Source: Bacteroidales bacterium
GTDB taxonomy: Bacteria; Bacteroidota; Bacteroidia; Bacteroidales; WRLA01
Length of the DNA: 64,000 nt
NCBI GenBank assembly: GCA_965230045.1
Contig: OZ245940.1
Location: 458,900-522,899, forward strand
Direction: 5' to 3'
The notes below the pieces were generated by a model. It worked only from the letters and a program-made list of their open reading frames with translations. It was not told the DNA's origin and ran no database searches. Every line of letters starts with the position of its first letter. Position 1 is the first letter of the stretch. Shown piece after piece: positions 10,101 to 19,422 of the stretch. Both the position numbers and the translations under genes were made by a program.

Positions 10101-11412
10101 GGATGTTTTTGTTCATTTCTTCCCCACTGGGTTTTTTGCCCTTTAGGTGGGTTTGGAGCCGGTGGATAATTCCTTCAACAACAATCACCGAGCCGTCCAC
10201 AATCAAACCAAAATCGATGGCGCCTAAGCTCATCAGGTTGGCGGAAACACCAAAAAGGTTCATCATCGAAAAAGCAAAAAGCATGGATAAAGGAATTACC
10301 GAAGCAACAATTAGTCCGGCACGGAAATTCCCCAAAAGGAGTACGAGGATGAAAATCACGATCAATCCGCCTTCGATGAGGTTGCGGCTGACCGTTGCAA
10401 TGGTTTTGTCAATCAGTGCGGAGCGGTCAAGGTATGGATGGATGTGCAAACCTTCGGGCATCATTTTTTCGACTTCGGCCACGCGCTCTTTAACTTTTTT
10501 GAGGGTTTGTGCGGAATTTGCACCCTTGAGCATGAGTGTAATGCCACCAACGGCTTCGCCTTCCCCATTGCGGGTCATGGCACCAAAACGGGGCGGGGCA
10601 CCGATATTTACTTCGGCAACATCGCCAATCAGTATGGGCAGCCCGTTTACTGTTTTTACCAAAATATTGTGGATGTCGTCCTGGTTTTTGATCATGCCTT
10701 CTGCCCTGATATAAAAGGCTTCCGGCCCTTTTTCGATATAGCTTCCACCTGAATTTTGGTTGTTGCGCTCCAGGGCATCGTAAATTTCCAGCAGGCTGAT
10801 GTTCATATCGACAAGCCTGCGCGGCTTAATGCTCACTTCGTACTGTTTTAAAAAACCGCCAAAACTGCTTACTTCCACAATACCCGGAATTCCGGCCAGG
10901 TTCCGTTTTACGATCCAGTCCTGCACGGTGCGCAAATCCATGGCAGTATAAACATCTTTGTAATCGTCATCGGCCTGGATAACATATTGATAAATTTCAC
11001 CCAAACCGGTAGTGACCGGCATCATCTCCGGCGTGCCATATCCTTCGGGAATTTCGGCTGAGGCCAATTGAATTTGTTCACTTACCATTTGCCGTGCCAG
11101 ATAAGGATCAATGCGGTCTTTGAAAACAATGGTAACTACTGATAAACCGTATCGGCTTATCGAACGTATTTCCGTAACATCCTGGATGTTGGCCATTGCA
11201 ATTTCAACAGGATAAGTGATCAATTGCTCCACTTCCTGAGGGGACAGCGATGGGGCGCTGGTAATGACCTGAACCTGGTTGTTGGTGATATCCGGAACCG
11301 CATCGAGCGGAAGGTTAAAAAAGTTGTAAATGCCCCAAAAAGTCATGGCAACCGTTGCCAATAGTATAAGCAGCTTGTTTTGGAGCGAGAAATTTATAAT
11401 TTTCCCAGCCAT
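7093..11412 (-). CDS. CzcA/CusA-family heavy-metal RND pump fused in frame to a TolC-like outer-membrane-factor domain
   Basis: Uninterrupted 1439-aa ORF. Residues 1 to about 1030 are a 12-TM HME-RND pump (PLDAVPDITNNQVQV, repeated TM bundles). A signal-peptide-like linker follows (KKIAKLPLIILPVLLAMGTAAQAQ). The last roughly 380 aa carry two TolC-type repeat halves. Confidence 0.8.
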   Translation of the reverse strand: MAGKIINFSLQNKLLILLATVAMTFWGIYNFFNLPLDAVPDITNNQVQVITSAPSLSPQEVEQLITYPVEIAMANIQDVTEIRSISRYGLSVVTIVFKDRIDPYLARQMVSEQIQLASAEIPEGYGTPEMMPVTTGLGEIYQYVIQADDDYKDVYTAMDLRTVQDWIVKRNLAGIPGIVEVSSFGGFLKQYEVSIKPRRLVDMNISLLEIYDALERNNQNSGGSYIEKGPEAFYIRAEGMIKNQDDIHNILVKTVNGLPILIGDVAEVNIGAPPRFGAMTRNGEGEAVGGITLMLKGANSAQTLKKVKERVAEVEKMMPEGLHIHPYLDRSALIDKTIATVSRNLIEGGLIVIFILVLLLGNFRAGLIVASVIPLSMLFAFSMMNLFGVSANLMSLGAIDFGLIVDGSVIVVEGIIHRLQTHLKGKKPSGEEMNKNILIAGMSVGKSAIFGVLIILIVYIPILTFTGIEGKMFKPMAQTVSFALIGALLLSLTYVPVMSQMVLKRKVNADSKISASIIGFLNRMHEPVLRKSLQKKWSVLMIVLAILAVSFWSFSRMGGEFIPTLEEGDLAAQMTLAPGSSLKQSVATTTEAEKILLENFPEVKEVVSKIGTAEVPTDPMAIEDADIMIIMKRKEEWTSAKTREEIVEKMKEKLSVIPGAAFEFQQPIQLRFNELMTGVKSDVAVKIYGEDLDVLFEKAQDAAAIIQEIDGAGDVRVEQIVGLPQIVIRYKRDKLALYGLNINELNQIIRTAYAGLTAGHVFEAERRFGLVVRLCEECRNQLKSLQNLRVNRSGGELITLQQVADIRYENGPMQISRDNTKRRITIGINIRKRDVESFVLEAQNKLDKNLSLPPGYYTTYGGQFENLQAARENSAIAVPIALLAIFLILFFTFHSLREAFMVFTAIPLAAVGGIWALHLRDMPFSISAGVGFIALFGVAVLNGIVLISYYNQLEKEGMGNIYERVMKGTRLRLRPVVMTASVAALGFIPMALSTAPGAEVQKPLATVVIGGLVTSTFLTLVVLPVIYILFQSSAVKKIAKLPLIILPVLLAMGTAAQAQNSRQELIDLARENNNMLKVAALQIEKADHLKATAFSLPAPEISYETGQINSSLNDYNLRISQSFDFPMSYISKGKILKNETEIAQLEYLQLHNNIIKELLTKWNEYNYAIAYHHLLMKFDSLAELSAKVAEEKAKAGLIPELDYLSAQSAAIKTKNQLLDNESAINVVLADLQQICGTDSLPESIVQPEIFQPIARIPEGGSESPAMKVSAKNIEKSQNLIHQNSWEMMPSFRIGYFTQSIDKTSGFAGWEFGIQLPIWAWDGLAKRKASKLMKEQYELQHYSLRENAKRKKRVFEEQIRISAQQLRFYEESVLPSGNQIFQSAENALRGESGELGTFILQSRQALELQTDYLDAIKKHNKLIIESGFINAINELGYVSE

Positions 11413-11469
11413 AATTTTGATGATTTAGTGATAAAGGTACGAAAAAGAAAGCTTAGATTTACACTTAGG

Positions 11470-11847
11470 TCAGAGTAACAGAGGATGGATACCTTTTAAA
11501 GTAGCAGCAGGAACCAGGGTTTTATGTGTGTCATAGCCTGATTTTTTCAGAGGATTTTTTTCACAGATATAAAATAAGCATAAAAAATCGGGCGCGCTTT
11601 GTTTGTCCGGTTCCGATAATATTGATGGGTTGCCGGGCAGGATATCTTCAAGATGATCGGGTCCGGGGTTAAAATGCGCAAAAACATCTGTTGCACCGGC
11701 ATTCATTTCCGGGCTTTGCCAAAATGTACTGTCATAACCGGCTCCCTCCTCATGCGAATGCGGAATTGATTGATGCAGCAGTATAATTGAGATACTGATG
11801 AACATCATAATCAGCGCCGGTTTCCTGATATTTTTGTTTTGTGGCAT
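11470..11847 (-). CDS. Small membrane-anchored His-rich hypothetical protein heading the metal-efflux operon
   Basis: 125 aa. One N-terminal hydrophobic segment is followed by HQSIPHSHEE. It sits 57 nt upstream of the pump gene on the same strand. I recognise no family. Confidence 0.4.
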   Translation of the reverse strand: MPQNKNIRKPALIMMFISISIILLHQSIPHSHEEGAGYDSTFWQSPEMNAGATDVFAHFNPGPDHLEDILPGNPSILSEPDKQSAPDFLCLFYICEKNPLKKSGYDTHKTLVPAATLKGIHPLLL

Positions 11848-12057
11848 GATCTTTAAACAGAGAACCGGCAGTAATGTTTATTGGGGAGAAGCTTCCTTTC
11901 TTTGTAGCTTTGGGCTAAACTTGAATAATTTACGGCCAAAGCAGGCCTTCAATGCAATAAAAAAGCGAAAATCCGTTTATTTCTTAGTATAATTGTAGCA
12001 TCAAAGCGCTCCTTATCGGAAGTGTTAATGCTTTATTCAAATGAAACATATTTTTTT

Positions 12058-14364
12058 ATGAAATCCATATTTATCTCCCTTATTTCGTTACTGATATCAT
12101 TTACAGCAATCGCACAAGAAGTAGCAATCGGACAATGGCGGGATTATTTGCCCTATCGTGAAGGTACAAATGTAGCCGTTACTCCTGATGGGGTTTATAG
12201 CGCAACACCATATAGTTTGTTTTTTTATGATACGGAAGAAAACAGTATAGAGCGCTATTCAAAAATTAATGGACTGAGCGAAAGTTTTATCAGTACAATC
12301 CGTTATAACGATTATAACAACACTTTGCTGATTGCCTATCAAAATACTGATATTGATCTGATTACCCCTAATGGTATTGTGAACATCCCGGACATAAAAA
12401 TATATTCGATTTTGGGAAAAAAGACCATTAACGACATTATGTTTATTGATAACCTGGCTTATCTTTCCTGTGGTTTTGGAATTGTGGTTTTGGATATGGA
12501 CCGTCAGGAGATTTATGACACTTATTACATCGGGCCGGAAGGAAAACAATTAGATGTGCGCAGCCTGTGCGTAAGCGAAGACTCTTTTTATGCTGCCACG
12601 GAAGACGGTATTTATACCGCGGAACGTGAAAACCCGCAACTGGCGTTTTATGAAAACTGGTCAAAAGACACAACTTATCCCTATCCGAATGATATTGTGA
12701 GCAATATTGTATTTTTTGAGAACAATCTTTTTGCCAGCACCGGAAACGAAGATTTCACGCATGATACCATTTTCAGGCGTAGCTTAGAGGTTAACACCTG
12801 GGAGGCTTTTATGCCGGCGGCAAATTATTCCTGCTACTCTATGGGTGTTTCGGAAGATCATTTATTGATTTCTTTTTCGTTTCAGGTACGGGTTATCAAC
12901 AGCAACTTAGAGCAGGAATATACTATTGGAAAACCGTCAGGGCGGGCTATTTATCCGCGCGATGCCGAAATGAGCAATAAATTTGTTTGGGTTTCCAATC
13001 ATAACAGCGGTTTGGTTAAAGTTAGCGAAGGAGGAGGTTATGGTGAGTTTATTGCGCCAAACGGCCCGTACAGCCAAAAAGTGTTTTCAATGGAATATAC
13101 TTCTGCCGGCCTGTGGGTTTCTTCCGGTGGCCATAATGCGCAATGGGGCAACCTTTATCAGGGAGAAGGGGTCTATCATTTTGATGGCACAAGCTGGGAC
13201 AATTACAATAAAACAAACACTTCTGCTTTTGACAGCATTACCGATCCCGTTGTTGCGGCAACTAATCCGGCGCAAAATAAAACCTATATCGGAACCTGGG
13301 GCAAAGGCATTATGCAGTTCGAAAATGGAGAAGTAACCAACGTATATTACTCAAATAACAGTAGTCTTGCCGGAATGCCTTCTTGGGAATCTTTTGTGGC
13401 CGTTGGCGGGCTCGCCTTCGATATTGAAGGAAACCTCTGGGCTGTCAATACAAGCACAACGAACATCCTTTCTGTGCTGAAAACAGATGGAACCTGGCAG
13501 GCATACAACCTGGGTGGTTCCGCAAGTAATATTGATGTTGATAAGCTGATCATCGATCAAAATGACCAGAAATGGATTCGGATGCGTGCCGATCATTCCG
13601 TATTGGTTTTTGATGAATCGCAGCCTGTTGGGAACCAATCCAAAATTCTTACCAGCAGCACAGGCAACGGAAATATCCCCGGAAATAAAGTTTATGCCAT
13701 TGAAGAAGATAAAGACGGGGAAATCTGGTTGGGAACTGATGAAGGTATTGCAGTAATTTATAGCCCGTGGAATGTTTTCCAAGGCGGAGATTATGATGCC
13801 CAGCGCATTAAAGTTGAATGGGAAGGATATGTGCAGTATTTGCTCGAAACAGAAGTTATTACTTCAATATGTGTTGATGGAAACAACCAGAAATGGATCG
13901 GAACCGACCGCTCGGGCGTCTTTTTGCTTTCGGCAGATGGCACCGAACAAATCCATCATTTTACTGCCGAAAACAGCCCGCTTTTCTCAAATTCTATTGT
14001 TGATATTGCCATAAACGGCGAAAACGGTGAAGTTTATATCGCCACCGATAAAGGAATTATCAGTTATAAAGCCAAAGCAACCGAAGGCGGTGATACCAAT
14101 GAAAATGTTTATGCTTATCCGAACCCTGTGAATATCGGCTATGCCGGATCCATTGCGGTAAAAGGGCTTGTTGAAAATGCTTATATAAAAATAACCGACA
14201 TCAGCGGAAACCTGGTTTATTCAGGTCGTGCCGAAGGTGGACAGGCCGTTTGGAACGGAAAAACAATGAATGGCGATGACGTGCATACCGGTGTTTACCT
14301 GGTGTTTATTACCGATCAGGAAGGTGAAGAAACCATGGTAACAAAAATCATGTTCCTGAAATAA
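12058..14364 (+). CDS. Double beta-propeller (two-component-regulator-propeller-like) protein with a T9SS C-terminal sorting domain; PorZ-like
   Basis: The ORF opens at 12022, but the signal peptide MKSIFISLISLLISFTAIAQE begins at 12058. It has repeated propeller blades and a C-terminal CTD (YAYPNPV...IKITDISGNLVY...GVYLVFI...KIMFLK). Size and architecture match PorZ as I remember it. Confidence 0.55.
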   Translation: MKSIFISLISLLISFTAIAQEVAIGQWRDYLPYREGTNVAVTPDGVYSATPYSLFFYDTEENSIERYSKINGLSESFISTIRYNDYNNTLLIAYQNTDIDLITPNGIVNIPDIKIYSILGKKTINDIMFIDNLAYLSCGFGIVVLDMDRQEIYDTYYIGPEGKQLDVRSLCVSEDSFYAATEDGIYTAERENPQLAFYENWSKDTTYPYPNDIVSNIVFFENNLFASTGNEDFTHDTIFRRSLEVNTWEAFMPAANYSCYSMGVSEDHLLISFSFQVRVINSNLEQEYTIGKPSGRAIYPRDAEMSNKFVWVSNHNSGLVKVSEGGGYGEFIAPNGPYSQKVFSMEYTSAGLWVSSGGHNAQWGNLYQGEGVYHFDGTSWDNYNKTNTSAFDSITDPVVAATNPAQNKTYIGTWGKGIMQFENGEVTNVYYSNNSSLAGMPSWESFVAVGGLAFDIEGNLWAVNTSTTNILSVLKTDGTWQAYNLGGSASNIDVDKLIIDQNDQKWIRMRADHSVLVFDESQPVGNQSKILTSSTGNGNIPGNKVYAIEEDKDGEIWLGTDEGIAVIYSPWNVFQGGDYDAQRIKVEWEGYVQYLLETEVITSICVDGNNQKWIGTDRSGVFLLSADGTEQIHHFTAENSPLFSNSIVDIAINGENGEVYIATDKGIISYKAKATEGGDTNENVYAYPNPVNIGYAGSIAVKGLVENAYIKITDISGNLVYSGRAEGGQAVWNGKTMNGDDVHTGVYLVFITDQEGEETMVTKIMFLK

Positions 14365-14585
14365 GGTTCGCCCGAAAAGTGTAGCTTGGGAAAAGTTCTT
14401 TTCCTGCTAATTATCCATATGCCTGCATTGTCGTTTATCGACCAAAGCACATAAATTCCTTCCTTTTTTGGTGTTAATACCGGCTCAAAACTTATACTCC
14501 CTTGCCAAAAAGTGAGCCCGTGCCCAATATTGTTTCAGCTAATTTTACTACCTTTATGCAGTTCGTAGCTTAATTCTAAAGGGCA

Positions 14586-17500
14586 ATGAAACTCTTCAGG
14601 CAAAAAAAGGGAAGGTCGATCAGCAGGGCATATATTACCAACAGCCTGCTTATGGTGTCAATAGCAATAGGGGCTATGGGCGCGTATTGGTTGATCCGCG
14701 AATGGAGCGATTTTTCTGAAAACGCTGAAAGCATTAAAGAAGAGTATTTCCGGGATCAGAAGCAAATCCTCAAAAGTCAGGTAGATAACACACTCAGTTA
14801 TATCAATATTGCCGCTCAGTCCGTCGAAGGTCGGATGAAAAATGAGCTCAAAAGCCGTGTTTATGAAGCATGGTCTATTGCCAACAGCTTATATCAGACC
14901 AATAAAGGAAAACGATCCGATGATGAAATAAAAGAAATGATAAAACAGGCTTTGCGTCCTGTCCGCTTCCTTAATGGAAGGGGTTATTTCTTTGCGACAT
15001 CACTGAAAGGTGTTGAAATCTTGCATCCTGTTTTCCCCGAATTTGAAGGAAAAAATATTATTGACCTTCAGGACGGGCATGGCAATTATGTAATTCGCGA
15101 TGAAATTAATATTGTAAGTACAAAAGGGGAAGGCTTTATTTTGGATTATTGGCCAAAACCCAACGGAAACCCGGATTCATTATACCCAAAAACCTCTTTT
15201 GTAAAATTGTTCGAACCCTTTAACTGGTATATTGGCACTGGCGAATACATGGATAATATTGAGGCGGATGTGCAGGAAGAAGTCATCGAAAAAATAAGCC
15301 GCACAAAATTTGGCGAAGAAGGATACATTTTTGTAAACACCTATGATGGGTATGCTGTAATAATCGACTCCGATAAGCTGAAAAGGGGTGCATATGTTTG
15401 GGATGTTACGGACCCTAATGGTGTTAAAGTAATTCAGGAAGAATATAAAATTGTAAATACACCCGAAGGAGGCGGCTTTATTGAGTATAGCTGGAAAAAA
15501 AGAAACAGCGACATAATAGCACCGAAAATATCATATATAGCCGGTTATCCCAAATGGCAGTGGATGATTGGGGCAGGCGTTTATGTTGATGATATTCAGC
15601 AATTAGTCGATAATGAACGCCAGGAATTAATGAGCAAGACATTGATCCAGATTATGGAGATCATTTTTATCCTGGTCCTGACATGGATTGGTGTGTATTT
15701 GCTGCTCCAGCGGACAACCACTTTAATGAGAGAGAATTTTTCGAGCCTGATACATAGTTTTCAAAATGCTATATTGGCAGGGAAGCCTACTGCGAAAAAT
15801 GATTATCTCTTTTCGGAGTATAATACAATGGCCAGTTCATTGAACCAGGTAATTTCCGAACGTAGCGAAGCCCAAAAAGCACTGGAATTGCAAAAAGTAC
15901 GTTTTGAACAGCTTTTTTTGCATAATCCCGATGGGATTGCCCTTACGGATTCCAATGGCATTATCCATAAAGTGAATCAGGCGTTTACTGATATTTTTGG
16001 GTATGGGGAAGATGCTGTTGGGAAAAACTTAAAATCGTTATTGGTTTCAGACAGCTTAAAAGAGGAATCCATTAATTATTTCAATCAGGCAGTAAAAGGA
16101 AAATCCATTCAAAACGAAACCAAAAGAAGCCATAAAGAAGGACGACTGATAGAAGTCTCTGTTGTAAGTACCCCTATTCGTATCAAGAATAATACTATTG
16201 GGATTTATTGGGTATATCGCGATATCAGCGAACGCAAAAAAGCCGAACAGCTGCTAAGGGAAGAAGAGAAACGCTGGCGCGACCTTTTCAATAACCTGCC
16301 CGGTGGCAGTTTTGCGTACAATAAGGATTATGATATTGTTGATGCTAATGATGCATTGAGCGAATTGACGAATTATTCAAAAGCCGAACTTCTCGGGATG
16401 AAGGTAGTGCAAATAACCAATTTGAGCAAAGAAGAGTTAATTTGGGCCGATAGCCTCAATCAAGGTAAAAACAATATTGAATCAGTCTTGAAAAACCGCG
16501 ATGGTAATGAATTCCCTATTGTAAAGAGCCTCCTCAAGGTGAACTTGATTGATCACGATATTATCACCTGTAATTTTCAGGATATCACCAGTTTGAAATT
16601 ATATGAAGAGCAGTTGAAATCTGCCCGAGACCAGGCCACCGAAGCCGATAAACTGAAAACAGTTTTCCTGGCCAATATGAGCCACGAAATCCGTACGCCC
16701 ATGAATGCTATCCTTGGATTTTCCGAATTGCTGCGCGACGATGGACTGGATAAAGAATCCCGGGATCAATCACTCGATATTATCACCAAAAACGGCCAAA
16801 GCCTCATGAAGCTTATCGATGATATTATTGATGTTGCCAAAATAGAAGCCGGACAGGTGAAACTAATAAAATCAGAAGAAGAACTGGGCGAAATCCTTGA
16901 TGATGTTTATGCTACTTGCCGCCAAGATTTTGACCGACGAAACAAAAAGCATATCGAACTGCGTTTACAGATACCGCCACATCTTAAAAAACTGCATTTT
17001 GAAACAGACCGGTACCGCCTCAGGCAGGTTTTGATCAACCTGCTCACAAATGCCGTAAAATTTACTGATAAAGGCTTTATCGAAATCCGTATTGAAGAAC
17101 AAAAAACCAATGAGCTTACTTTTCATGTGACCGATACGGGCACGGGAATACCGGCCGAAAAACTGGAGATGATTTTTACACGGTTCCGTCAGGTAGAAGA
17201 AACTTTGGGAAGAAATACAGGCGGCGCAGGATTAGGGCTGACCATTTCCAAAAGTATTGTCGAATTGCTGGGCGGACGAATATGGGCCGAATCCGAAATG
17301 GGAAAAGGAAGCTGTTTCAGCTTTACGCATCCGCATAATGGCTTTATCCCTTTGCAAGACAAGCAAACCCAAACGCAAAAGCCACAAGAAGGCCCGGTGA
17401 TTTTCGAAGGAAAGAAAATACTCATTGTCGAAGATGTAATGTCGAATTTTGTTTTTCTGAAAACCGCACTCCGTAAAAATAAAGTGGAAGTGCAGCATGC

Positions 17501-17765
17501 TGTCAGTGGTATAGAAGCTGTAGAAGCAGTGCGCAATGAGTATTTCGATTTGATTTTAATGGACATTCAACTGCCCGAGATGGACGGTTATACAGCAACC
17601 CGTGAAATATTGAAAATAAAGCCGGAAATACCCGTGGTGGCGCAAACTGCCTACGCAATGTCGGGCCAGTCCCAAAAATGCAAAGAAGCCGGTTGCGTGG
17701 ATTACCTTGCAAAACCTATACGTACTGAACAGCTGGTTAAGGTGTTGCAGAAATATCTCGGATAG
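14586..17765 (+). CDS. Hybrid sensor histidine kinase/response regulator with a periplasmic Cache-like domain and PAS domains
   Basis: 1059 aa. Two TM segments flank a roughly 300-aa extracytoplasmic domain, followed by two PAS-like modules. H-box FLANMSHEIRTPMNAI, N box LLTNAVKFT, G boxes DTGTGIP/GAGLGL, and a C-terminal receiver (ILIVEDV...DLILMDIQLPEMDG...K). Confidence 0.85.
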   Translation: MKLFRQKKGRSISRAYITNSLLMVSIAIGAMGAYWLIREWSDFSENAESIKEEYFRDQKQILKSQVDNTLSYINIAAQSVEGRMKNELKSRVYEAWSIANSLYQTNKGKRSDDEIKEMIKQALRPVRFLNGRGYFFATSLKGVEILHPVFPEFEGKNIIDLQDGHGNYVIRDEINIVSTKGEGFILDYWPKPNGNPDSLYPKTSFVKLFEPFNWYIGTGEYMDNIEADVQEEVIEKISRTKFGEEGYIFVNTYDGYAVIIDSDKLKRGAYVWDVTDPNGVKVIQEEYKIVNTPEGGGFIEYSWKKRNSDIIAPKISYIAGYPKWQWMIGAGVYVDDIQQLVDNERQELMSKTLIQIMEIIFILVLTWIGVYLLLQRTTTLMRENFSSLIHSFQNAILAGKPTAKNDYLFSEYNTMASSLNQVISERSEAQKALELQKVRFEQLFLHNPDGIALTDSNGIIHKVNQAFTDIFGYGEDAVGKNLKSLLVSDSLKEESINYFNQAVKGKSIQNETKRSHKEGRLIEVSVVSTPIRIKNNTIGIYWVYRDISERKKAEQLLREEEKRWRDLFNNLPGGSFAYNKDYDIVDANDALSELTNYSKAELLGMKVVQITNLSKEELIWADSLNQGKNNIESVLKNRDGNEFPIVKSLLKVNLIDHDIITCNFQDITSLKLYEEQLKSARDQATEADKLKTVFLANMSHEIRTPMNAILGFSELLRDDGLDKESRDQSLDIITKNGQSLMKLIDDIIDVAKIEAGQVKLIKSEEELGEILDDVYATCRQDFDRRNKKHIELRLQIPPHLKKLHFETDRYRLRQVLINLLTNAVKFTDKGFIEIRIEEQKTNELTFHVTDTGTGIPAEKLEMIFTRFRQVEETLGRNTGGAGLGLTISKSIVELLGGRIWAESEMGKGSCFSFTHPHNGFIPLQDKQTQTQKPQEGPVIFEGKKILIVEDVMSNFVFLKTALRKNKVEVQHAVSGIEAVEAVRNEYFDLILMDIQLPEMDGYTATREILKIKPEIPVVAQTAYAMSGQSQKCKEAGCVDYLAKPIRTEQLVKVLQKYLG

Positions 17766-17847
17766 TTGTTTCTGAGCATGGCCAAAAAGTATTATTCGGC
17801 ATTTCTGTGCATACAATAAGCTTAACTGCCATTTAAAAGGCAGAAAT

Positions 17848-19422
17848 TTATTCCTCCGGCGCTTTATAATCCATAAGACGATAAACAAAGAAAAACTCCG
17901 CAATTTTCCCCGAACGGTAAATTTTAACAGTATCCGTCGGGATGATTTCTTGAAATTGCTTTCCATAAAGGGGCAGCGGATCTGTATAAAGATGGCTTCC
18001 GGTGATATAGTAAAAATCATCACCTGAATTGATCCCGCCCCGTTCCTGGCTGATCCAGTGGTATTTATGCGTATCAGTGATATGCCCCAGCGTTTTCATG
18101 CTGAAACCTGCCGGGCGGGCTACATAATGCTCCAGATTGGCTGCCGGAAACCATTTATGGCTGAGCAAAAAGCTGTTTGGCGGCATTTCACCGGCATTGA
18201 TATCGCGCGCTGCTATTTCCTTAAATTTCGCCCCGAGCTGTTTCCAGCCATACATGTCGAGCGATGGGTCTTTCTTGCCAATATTGGTCACAGCACTGCC
18301 TTCATCATGATAAAAAAGACCCGTATTGATTTGCAAAAAACCCAGCAAAATGACCAAAAGAAAGAGTATCAAGGCGGCATTGACCGAAGGCGGTATGAGC
18401 TGATGATTTTCTTTTTCCTTCATGATGTAATCCAGACGCCAGGCAGCCAAAGGAATCAGCGTGATGTATGCAGGGCCTGTCCAGTGGGGAAGCGTGCGTT
18501 TAAAGAGCGCAAAAAACAGAAAAATCCCGATTAAAGGCAAAGCGGTAAGCAAAAGGAACTGCGCATTTTTGTTTTTGAGGAAACGTTTTTTTTGAAACGC
18601 AAATATAATCGCCAGCCATATCAGCACAAATACAACCGGATTGTTATAAAATGCCTGTCCGGCAATTTCTGTCCCGAAATAATCCAGGCGCAGGCCGGAA
18701 GAGAAAAGCCCGACACGGCCACTGTGAAAGCTCAGGCTGATAAAATCGTGCTCCATATTCCAGAAAAGTATGGGCAATGCCAGAAATATGGACGCAACGA
18801 CAGCAAAATATAACTCCTTTGTTTTAAGCCATCTGCGGTCGCTTATGAGGATATACAGCCCCAGCCCCGACCATAAAAAAACCGAAGTGTATTTAGACAA
18901 AACAGCCAGCCCGATACTTACGCCGCTCAGGAAAAACAGGTTTTTGCTGGTGGCATTCATTGGTTTTTTGCTAAGCACAGATTCGGAAAGCAGATACAGG
19001 CTCAAAATCCAGAAAAATCCCTGTGGCGTATCAGGCAAAATAAAAGTATTGCTGATAATTCCGGCATATATGGAAGCGGTATAAAGCAAGGCGCTCAGCC
19101 ATCCGCTGCGTGCATTAAAAAGGTTTTTTGCAGTCAGATAAATCATCCAGGTATTGATGCCGCCAAGCACAATCCCGCCCAAACGGATAAAAAACTCGGA
19201 CTGCAGCGCCATATCCAGTGTTGACAGCTGGATTAAAAAACCAAGCATGGGCGGATGATCAAAATGGCTGATATCCGGAAAAAGGGCATAGGTCAGATAA
19301 TAAACTTCGTCATTGCCCAATTCTGTAAACGCAGCGACCAAAGCCCGGATCAAAGCCGAAAAAGCGATCAGTACTAATAGCGGCTTCGTGTAAATCTTCT
19401 CCTGCGATTTTTTCTCTTCCAT
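17848..19422 (-). CDS. GT-C fold glycosyltransferase family 39 (ArnT/PMT-like) membrane protein
   Basis: 524 aa. About 11 or more hydrophobic segments, with GNDEVYY (the DE motif in the first loop) near the N-terminus and a soluble C-terminal domain. Confidence 0.6.
   Translation of the reverse strand: MEEKKSQEKIYTKPLLVLIAFSALIRALVAAFTELGNDEVYYLTYALFPDISHFDHPPMLGFLIQLSTLDMALQSEFFIRLGGIVLGGINTWMIYLTAKNLFNARSGWLSALLYTASIYAGIISNTFILPDTPQGFFWILSLYLLSESVLSKKPMNATSKNLFFLSGVSIGLAVLSKYTSVFLWSGLGLYILISDRRWLKTKELYFAVVASIFLALPILFWNMEHDFISLSFHSGRVGLFSSGLRLDYFGTEIAGQAFYNNPVVFVLIWLAIIFAFQKKRFLKNKNAQFLLLTALPLIGIFLFFALFKRTLPHWTGPAYITLIPLAAWRLDYIMKEKENHQLIPPSVNAALILFLLVILLGFLQINTGLFYHDEGSAVTNIGKKDPSLDMYGWKQLGAKFKEIAARDINAGEMPPNSFLLSHKWFPAANLEHYVARPAGFSMKTLGHITDTHKYHWISQERGGINSGDDFYYITGSHLYTDPLPLYGKQFQEIIPTDTVKIYRSGKIAEFFFVYRLMDYKAPEE

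Noticed and set aside
9986-10714. 242-aa plus-strand ORF, and other long antisense ORFs inside large genes (for example 22830-23624, 56548-57390, 41101-41718, 4738-5364, 31665-32297)
   Set aside because: All are nested antisense in genes with strong family signatures. They have biased composition and no motifs, and are typical shadow ORFs of long genes.
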